This document shows, in pieces, positions 58,870 through 64,000 of a stretch of DNA of 64,000 nucleotides (its first letter is position 1; the number at the start of each line of letters is the position of its first letter). The translations under genes were made by a program, and so were the position numbers. The notes below the pieces were generated by a model that saw only the letters and a list, made by a program, of their open reading frames with translations, was not told the origin of the DNA and did not search any database. The stretch covers positions 79,512 through 143,511 of the forward strand of contig JAGXKI010000001.1 of NCBI GenBank assembly GCA_018335295.1, written 5' to 3'. The stretch comes from a bacterium (GTDB taxonomy: Bacteria; Acidobacteriota; Aminicenantia; Aminicenantales; Aminicenantaceae).

Positions 58870-59001
58870 GGTGGGTGGCAGAACCACAGATCAAATATCG
58901 GTTCCAGGTCCTTGTTCCGAAGCGTCAGATCTTACTTAAAAAGTATGAATGCGGATTATCCGCAGCGCTCTGACCTGCATGGAACGCCGCCCACCCTTTT
59001 T
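58870..59001 (+). ncRNA. Candidate structured non-coding RNA (~130 nt), family not recognised
   Basis: 10-bp closing helix GGTGGGTGGC/GCCGCCCACC starting at the predicted +1, internal helices, U-tract. Confidence 0.6.
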
Positions 59002-59348
59002 CATTACCAAAATTTTTATTACCAAAAGCGTGCCAAAAAGTATATCAAAAAGGGGTCAGGTCCGGCCATTTCTTTTCAATAATTTAACCTGAGTTTTCCA
59101 CAGATTTGGGGCCAAAAATCGAGGTTTTTGGGGCCAAAAAACGCGTATATTCCTCCTTTTTTCTGTGTAAAAGTACTACTAATATCTTATAATAAAATAA
59201 TTGGCCGGGCTCATTCCCATTAATTAGAACCGTCCCCATTAATTGTTAATCCTGAATTTTGAGTGGAGAGGGATTTCCTGTAAAATAAGAAAATCAATTT
59301 AGACGTAACTTTCAGAAATGATCGATTCCATCGGAGGATGAAACAGAT

Positions 59349-60149
59349 ATGCAAAAGAGCAACTCAAAGTGGTATCTTCTTTTGGACAGGGAGCCGTTGG
59401 AAGGCTCCTGGAATATGGCTGTCGATGACTACCTGTTCCGGACCCTGGAAGAAAAACCCTTAACCTATGTCCGGTTCTACAGATGGGAAAGGCCCACGAT
59501 TTCCCTAGGGTATTCCCAGAAAGTTTCCCGGGTAGTCAACCTCCCTTACTGCCAGCAGAATGGAGTGGACATTGTCCGGAGACTCACCGGCGGGAAATTG
59601 GTATTGCACAACAAAGAGGTGACGTATTCAGTTTGTTCTTCAGATGGGGATACCTTCACTTCCACCCTCAAAGGTTCTTATAAAAGAATCTCCAAGGCTT
59701 TGATGGAGGGATTGAAAAGGATGTCCCTGGATCCCTATCTGGCCGATGCCCCGCCTGTTTCTTATGTGCGGGGGACCATGCCCTGCTTCTCTTACCCTGC
59801 CCGCGACGAGATTGAAATCCAGGGAAAAAAGATGATCGGAAGTGCCCAAAAACGTTTGGGTCCAAAGTTTGTCCAGCACGGGTCCATCCCTCTCCAGGAA
59901 GAGGAGGAGCTTCTCAGGTCCGTCACGTTTCTGGAAGAGAGAAAAGACGTAGTGCGGGTCATTTCCATTTCCCGGGCCTTAGGAAAGACAGTCCGCTTTG
60001 ACTGGGCTGTGGACCATTTCATAAAGGGTTTTGAAGATTATTTTGGTATCCAACTGGAACCCAAAGAATTCAATGAGGAAGAAAAAGAGAGGATCCGACA
60101 AATTCAACGAGACCGTTATGAAAACGATGATTGGACTTACGGGAAATAA
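59349..60149 (+). CDS. Lipoate-protein ligase family (LipM/LplA-like)
   Basis: NMAVD, RFYRW..PTISLG, VRR.TGG..V.H, K..GSAQ, QHGS. Confidence 0.9.
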   Translation: MQKSNSKWYLLLDREPLEGSWNMAVDDYLFRTLEEKPLTYVRFYRWERPTISLGYSQKVSRVVNLPYCQQNGVDIVRRLTGGKLVLHNKEVTYSVCSSDGDTFTSTLKGSYKRISKALMEGLKRMSLDPYLADAPPVSYVRGTMPCFSYPARDEIEIQGKKMIGSAQKRLGPKFVQHGSIPLQEEEELLRSVTFLEERKDVVRVISISRALGKTVRFDWAVDHFIKGFEDYFGIQLEPKEFNEEEKERIRQIQRDRYENDDWTYGK

Positions 60150-60303
60150 GGAGTTTCCAGAGCTTCGGATTCACACCTATCTCCAATAAAACCAGGAAAA
60201 AAAACTTCCTTGGGAGAAAAAAAATGAGGAACCTCCAAAATTCCGTTGATTTGATTTTTTGGGGTTTCCATGGTATTATTTTTCTCAAAGAGAGCAGAAG
60301 AGG

Positions 60304-61200
60304 ATGAATGAAATCGAAAGTATTTCCCAAATCGAAGCCGACAAGCTTCCCTCAATCAACCATATTCTTTTGGATGAACTTCACCAGAACGTTTTAAAGA
60401 ATCTTCATTTTGAGCTGGGTACAGGGGCAGTCCTTTATCTTCTCTCTCCCTCCTATTCTGTGATTAATCCTACCCCCAATGATTCGATCAACGATTTTAT
60501 TCAGAAGAAGGAAGATGTTCTTACCCAATTGAAAGAGCAAATTATTAAAAATCTGGCCGTGTATTCGGTCCTTCTCGACGTGAACAGTTATTTCATAGAA
60601 CAGAATAATTTCCTGGTTATAGCCAGGCTCAGGGAAAAGGATTCCAAAGATAGTAAATATGAAGTCAAATTTTATACCCATTCCTCTCGAGAGCTGATGA
60701 CCCACTACAAAGACAAGATCTATATTGGCCGGGATTTTATGGATATTTATAATTTTCGAAGAAAGTATTTTGGAGTGAAGGAGTTGATTAATTCCCTAAA
60801 AGAGCAGTATGAAAGCTTACTGGAGAGAGCCGAAGATAAATTAAAAAATCCTCGTTCATTTAAATCTTTTTTCCAAGAAATTAAAGAATATTTGAATGAA
60901 CTTCAAAATGAAAGTTTACTCATCCTCCAGTCTCTTCCTATGCACATAGACATGAATAAAGTAAAAGCCAAGGACTTGATCGAGATAAACAGCCAGTACC
61001 GAACCATCAACCATTATTTGATCGAACTCAATGGGGAAATAGCTGAGTTTGAGAATTATCTTTGGAATAATAAAGAAAACAATTTTGTCCGTTATATCAC
61101 TAAATACAAAAAAGATTTGGCCAACGCCATTTCCTACTTTAATATCAAAATCAACGGATGGCTCTCCGAGAAGATTACCCACCTGAAATCTTCTGAGTGA
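60304..61200 (+). CDS. Hypothetical protein
   Basis: Long ORF with host-like codon usage; ATG at 60304 chosen over TTG at 60259; no motif recognised. Confidence 0.7.
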   Translation: MNEIESISQIEADKLPSINHILLDELHQNVLKNLHFELGTGAVLYLLSPSYSVINPTPNDSINDFIQKKEDVLTQLKEQIIKNLAVYSVLLDVNSYFIEQNNFLVIARLREKDSKDSKYEVKFYTHSSRELMTHYKDKIYIGRDFMDIYNFRRKYFGVKELINSLKEQYESLLERAEDKLKNPRSFKSFFQEIKEYLNELQNESLLILQSLPMHIDMNKVKAKDLIEINSQYRTINHYLIELNGEIAEFENYLWNNKENNFVRYITKYKKDLANAISYFNIKINGWLSEKITHLKSSE

Positions 61201-61263
61201 GCGTTTAAATTCAAACCTCCTTATTCAGAAAAAGAGCGGTTTCAATGTAACCTCTGGCTTAGG

Positions 61264-62562
61264 TCAGCGTATGACTTTGATGGTGCCGTACCGGGTGGTG
61301 AGGGAAATAGAGGGTTTCCCTTTTTCTTCAGAAAAGGCCTTTACAAGAGTTACTCCGTTCTTTTTTTTATAAGAAAGCTTGGCTGATAGGTTCCAGTCTA
61401 AATTTCCTTTTTCTGCCTGAGCTTCAAAGGGGTATTTTTCCTTTCCGGGCCAGTTGAAAGTTATATCCGCATAATTCCCTTTGGCGGATATGGGATGGGT
61501 AAGGGGATACGGAGTTAAGATTATGTCTCCGTGAGAAAGACGGATATAGGTGTTTCCAGAAAAACCTTCCAGCTCTACATCCTTGTAAGAAGAGGCAATG
61601 GAAATTTTTTCTCCTCTTATGTTTTTTCCGTAGACCTCTAAGCTTTTTCCTTCAACCCTAAGGTTTCCGTGGATTTCTTCCAGGTGAATGCGGCCGTACT
61701 TATCTTGAATATCCAGAGATTTATGGACCTTCCGCACTTCTATGGGAGAATGATGACCCCGAATGACCGCAGACCCTGTATCCAAAAGAGAAACCTTTTT
61801 CCGGGAGGTCTCTATCATCACCGGGCCTCCCAGGTGATTTCCAATGATCTCAGAGTTGTTACCGTCTATATCCACTTTTCCCGAGATTTTTTCTAGGTGA
61901 ATTTCTCCGTAGCGGTGGCGGATTCGAAGATCCCCGCTTATGTCTTGGGCTCTTAGAGAGGAGTACTTGGTTTCAATTTGACATTCTGAATGAACTCCGG
62001 TGACCTGCACATCTTTGTAGCTGTTCTGGAGTGTGAGATTTCCTTCTATATCTGAAACCTCCACTTCACCATGAGGGTTAGTGATGTCCAGGGGTCCTAC
62101 ATGAGAGGATTCTACCTTTCCGTAGGCATTTCGCACCTTTACCGACATCTCGGAAGGGACGGTGACGGTAAAATGGGTTCTGAAGTTTTTTTTGGGAAAC
62201 TCATCTCGGTTGGTGGTGAGGATAATTTGGGAGGATTCGCGGATAATATTTAGGGTGAGATCCTGGGAAACCTTTTCTGCATTTTCTTTTCGGTTTCGCC
62301 AGATTTTTTTCTTTAATTTGATGGTGATTATTTCTTCTTCAGTGCCCTCGATATGTACGTTTCCATGAGCATTCACCACTTGCATCTGAGAGGGGAAGGG
62401 AGGTTCGATTTTTTCGGTTTCTTCGAACACAAAATCTTCTTCAAAGGGACTGAATCCTTCCTCCCAATCCCAGTGGAAATGGATTTTTCCTGTTTGGACA
62501 TGATAAAGAAACACTCCCCCAATGATGATGAAAATCAAAAGAATAATCTCTTTAGCTTTCAT
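61264..62562 (-). CDS. DUF4097 (adhesin-like beta-repeat) protein
   Basis: N-terminal TM; repeated N.xG.V/I strands; TTRYGTI end. Confidence 0.82.
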   Translation of the reverse strand: MKAKEIILLIFIIIGGVFLYHVQTGKIHFHWDWEEGFSPFEEDFVFEETEKIEPPFPSQMQVVNAHGNVHIEGTEEEIITIKLKKKIWRNRKENAEKVSQDLTLNIIRESSQIILTTNRDEFPKKNFRTHFTVTVPSEMSVKVRNAYGKVESSHVGPLDITNPHGEVEVSDIEGNLTLQNSYKDVQVTGVHSECQIETKYSSLRAQDISGDLRIRHRYGEIHLEKISGKVDIDGNNSEIIGNHLGGPVMIETSRKKVSLLDTGSAVIRGHHSPIEVRKVHKSLDIQDKYGRIHLEEIHGNLRVEGKSLEVYGKNIRGEKISIASSYKDVELEGFSGNTYIRLSHGDIILTPYPLTHPISAKGNYADITFNWPGKEKYPFEAQAEKGNLDWNLSAKLSYKKKNGVTLVKAFSEEKGKPSISLTTRYGTIKVIR

Positions 62563-62563
62563 T

Positions 62564-62770
62564 TTATTCCTGACTTTTAGCGGGTGTTTCTTTTTTTTCT
62601 TTCAATCCATAGTAGAGTTTCCATCCTCCCCAAACTATCAACACAAGGGGCCAGAGACGGGCAATGTAACTCCAGATTTCCACATCAATGTTGTGAAGCA
62701 GGAAAATGATTCCGATGAGGATGAGGATAAGCCCCCAGGCAAGGGGATCTTTTTGTTTTGTCTTGGCCAT
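62564..62770 (-). CDS. LiaF/DUF5668-like small membrane protein
   Basis: WGLILILIGIIFLL.N...LWPLVLI; GGAGG RBS. Confidence 0.78.
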   Translation of the reverse strand: MAKTKQKDPLAWGLILILIGIIFLLHNIDVEIWSYIARLWPLVLIVWGGWKLYYGLKEKKETPAKSQE

Positions 62771-62783
62771 TTTTTCCTCCTGT

Positions 62784-63290
62784 TTACTTTTTAGAGACAT
62801 GATCCACAACCAATTTGATGCCGATAACGATGATCACAATCGGCCATAATTCAATCAGCTTTTCATAGCTTATGACATCATAATTGGCCAGAAGCAGGAC
62901 ACTTCCCAGGACCAAAAGGATGAGTCCCCAGAACACGGATCCGGACCGGACCGATTCGGGAAACTCTTCAAGTTTCTCTTCTTCCTCTTCTTCTCCCCTG
63001 TAGAAGCGGTGGTTGATGGCTTTGGAAGTCTGGATGGCATCCACCAGTTGAAAGATGTAGAAACCAGCGAGAACCAGAGCAATGAAAGGTTGAGCCCCAC
63101 CTGTAGGCTGCATGGAAACCAGACCCGCAAAGATGAAGATGAAAATCAATCCTTTGACGATCTGACGATTATACAGATGTCCCACCCCTGGAAAAAAGAA
63201 GGCCAGAATCCCGGCCAATGCCGGAGATTTGGGAGGCTTCTGAACCACAATTTTTTCTTCAGTTTTATTTTCATTCATTTTAACCTCCAT
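62784..63290 (-). CDS. Membrane protein (TM2-like KSP.LA..L...PG.GH.Y plus DUF5668)
   Basis: Named motifs plus WGLILL.LG..LL.N...WP. Confidence 0.75.
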   Translation of the reverse strand: MEVKMNENKTEEKIVVQKPPKSPALAGILAFFFPGVGHLYNRQIVKGLIFIFIFAGLVSMQPTGGAQPFIALVLAGFYIFQLVDAIQTSKAINHRFYRGEEEEEEKLEEFPESVRSGSVFWGLILLVLGSVLLLANYDVISYEKLIELWPIVIIVIGIKLVVDHVSKK

Positions 63291-63292
63291 GG

Positions 63293-63814
63293 TTAGGTTA
63301 TTTTTTTAATTCCCAATTCTTTTAAGGGTTTCATTTCTTGAATCGAAGCCATGACTTTTTCTTTTTGAGCCGTGATGGATTGAGCCAGAGAGCTGGTCAT
63401 GGATTCGGCGTTCACATAAAGGGTTTGAATTTTGCTGTATCCCAGATGAATCTGGCGGTCGAGCTTCTGGTTGAGGACATTTTGGTCTGGGTTGAAAAAG
63501 TAAAAGGAAATGATGACCAAAAGGACAGTGGCGGCTGCCAGCACAGGCTGAAGAGAGGGACGAAGGAGAAAATCGAAATTCAGCCTGAACTTTTTCTTGG
63601 GTTGGGGGATTTCATAAAGTCTTTGGACCAGTTCTTCGCTCATTTCCGCTTCAGGGAAATCGTCCAGAGATTCAGTGGCCTGTTTTATTTCCTGGTAGAG
63701 AGAAGCACAACGGGGGCAGGTCCGAAGATGTTCTTCCACTGTGCTTTTCTCTTCCAGAGAGAGTTCTCCTTCCAGATAAGCCGAAAGGAGGTCTTCAATT
63801 TTTTGACAGTTCAT
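63293..63814 (-). CDS. Zinc-finger (zf-HC2) anti-sigma factor
   Basis: C......LSAYL.GEL...HLRTCPRC, one TM. Confidence 0.88.
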   Translation of the reverse strand: MNCQKIEDLLSAYLEGELSLEEKSTVEEHLRTCPRCASLYQEIKQATESLDDFPEAEMSEELVQRLYEIPQPKKKFRLNFDFLLRPSLQPVLAAATVLLVIISFYFFNPDQNVLNQKLDRQIHLGYSKIQTLYVNAESMTSSLAQSITAQKEKVMASIQEMKPLKELGIKKIT

Positions 63815-63818
63815 GGCT

Positions 63819-64000
63819 TCATCTCCTTTTATTTTTGAGAATTTTGGCCAACTGGACTCTTCCTCGGTTCACCCGGGATTTGACCGTTCCCAGGGGAAGC
63901 TTCATGATTTCAGCGATTTCCTCGTATTTTTTTCCCTGAATATCTCTGAGGATCACGGCCATGCGAACTTCAGAGGAGAGGTGATTCAATCCGCTCCAAA
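63819..64000 (-). CDS. ECF sigma factor, C-terminal region 4 (runs off the window)
   Basis: Manual translation ...RMAVILRDIQGKKYEEIAEIMKLPLGTVKSRVNRGR...*. Confidence 0.88.
   Translation of the reverse strand, partial: WSGLNHLSSEVRMAVILRDIQGKKYEEIAEIMKLPLGTVKSRVNRGRVQLAKILKNKRR

Noticed and set aside
58870-58995. 5S rRNA interpretation (similar length, CCGAA..TCAGA)
   Set aside because: The conserved loop and helix pattern of 5S is not reproduced, and there is no rRNA operon context.
59021-59035. Possible minus-strand sigma54 site TGGCACGCTTTTGGT
   Set aside because: Lacks the conserved GC at -12.
59051-59066. GGTCAGGTCCGG resembling SRP RNA
   Set aside because: Not followed by AAGGAAGCAGC; it fits the GGGGTCAG REP-like family instead.
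58804-59082. 92-aa ORF across the candidate RNA
   Set aside because: Starts upstream of the promoter, has no RBS and is not protein-like; the helices explain the sequence better.

Overview
Bacterial chromosomal segment. Gene content and order are consistent with an anaerobe such as Candidatus Aminicenantes/Acidobacteriota (inference only). The first ~21 kb is mostly housekeeping: a PQQ-propeller lipoprotein, an HD protein, pruA and a second aldehyde dehydrogenase, a deoxynucleoside kinase, panBCD with a probable pan RNA leader, guaB, secA, feoAB, acpS, uvrBC and a bactofilin. From ~21 to ~59 kb the window is a patchwork of accessory genes: a Tat-signal reductive dehalogenase with a small membrane partner, a Tat-signal CGGC protein, a URO-D-like protein, two RND efflux systems, four HEPN (DUF86) loci in three architectures, a MazEF-type pair, methyltransferases, rubrerythrin, a two-component pair, a GH31 and tRNA-Gly(CCC). 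It also holds many gene remnants, IS debris, a 191-bp direct repeat and MITE/REP-like elements. The window ends in a lipoate-ligase gene and an ECF sigma/anti-sigma envelope cluster. The most notable items are an unannotated, promoter-defined ~130-nt structured RNA at 58870-59001 and the rdhA locus. No CRISPR array or rRNA was seen. All family assignments come from motif recognition by eye; no searches were run.
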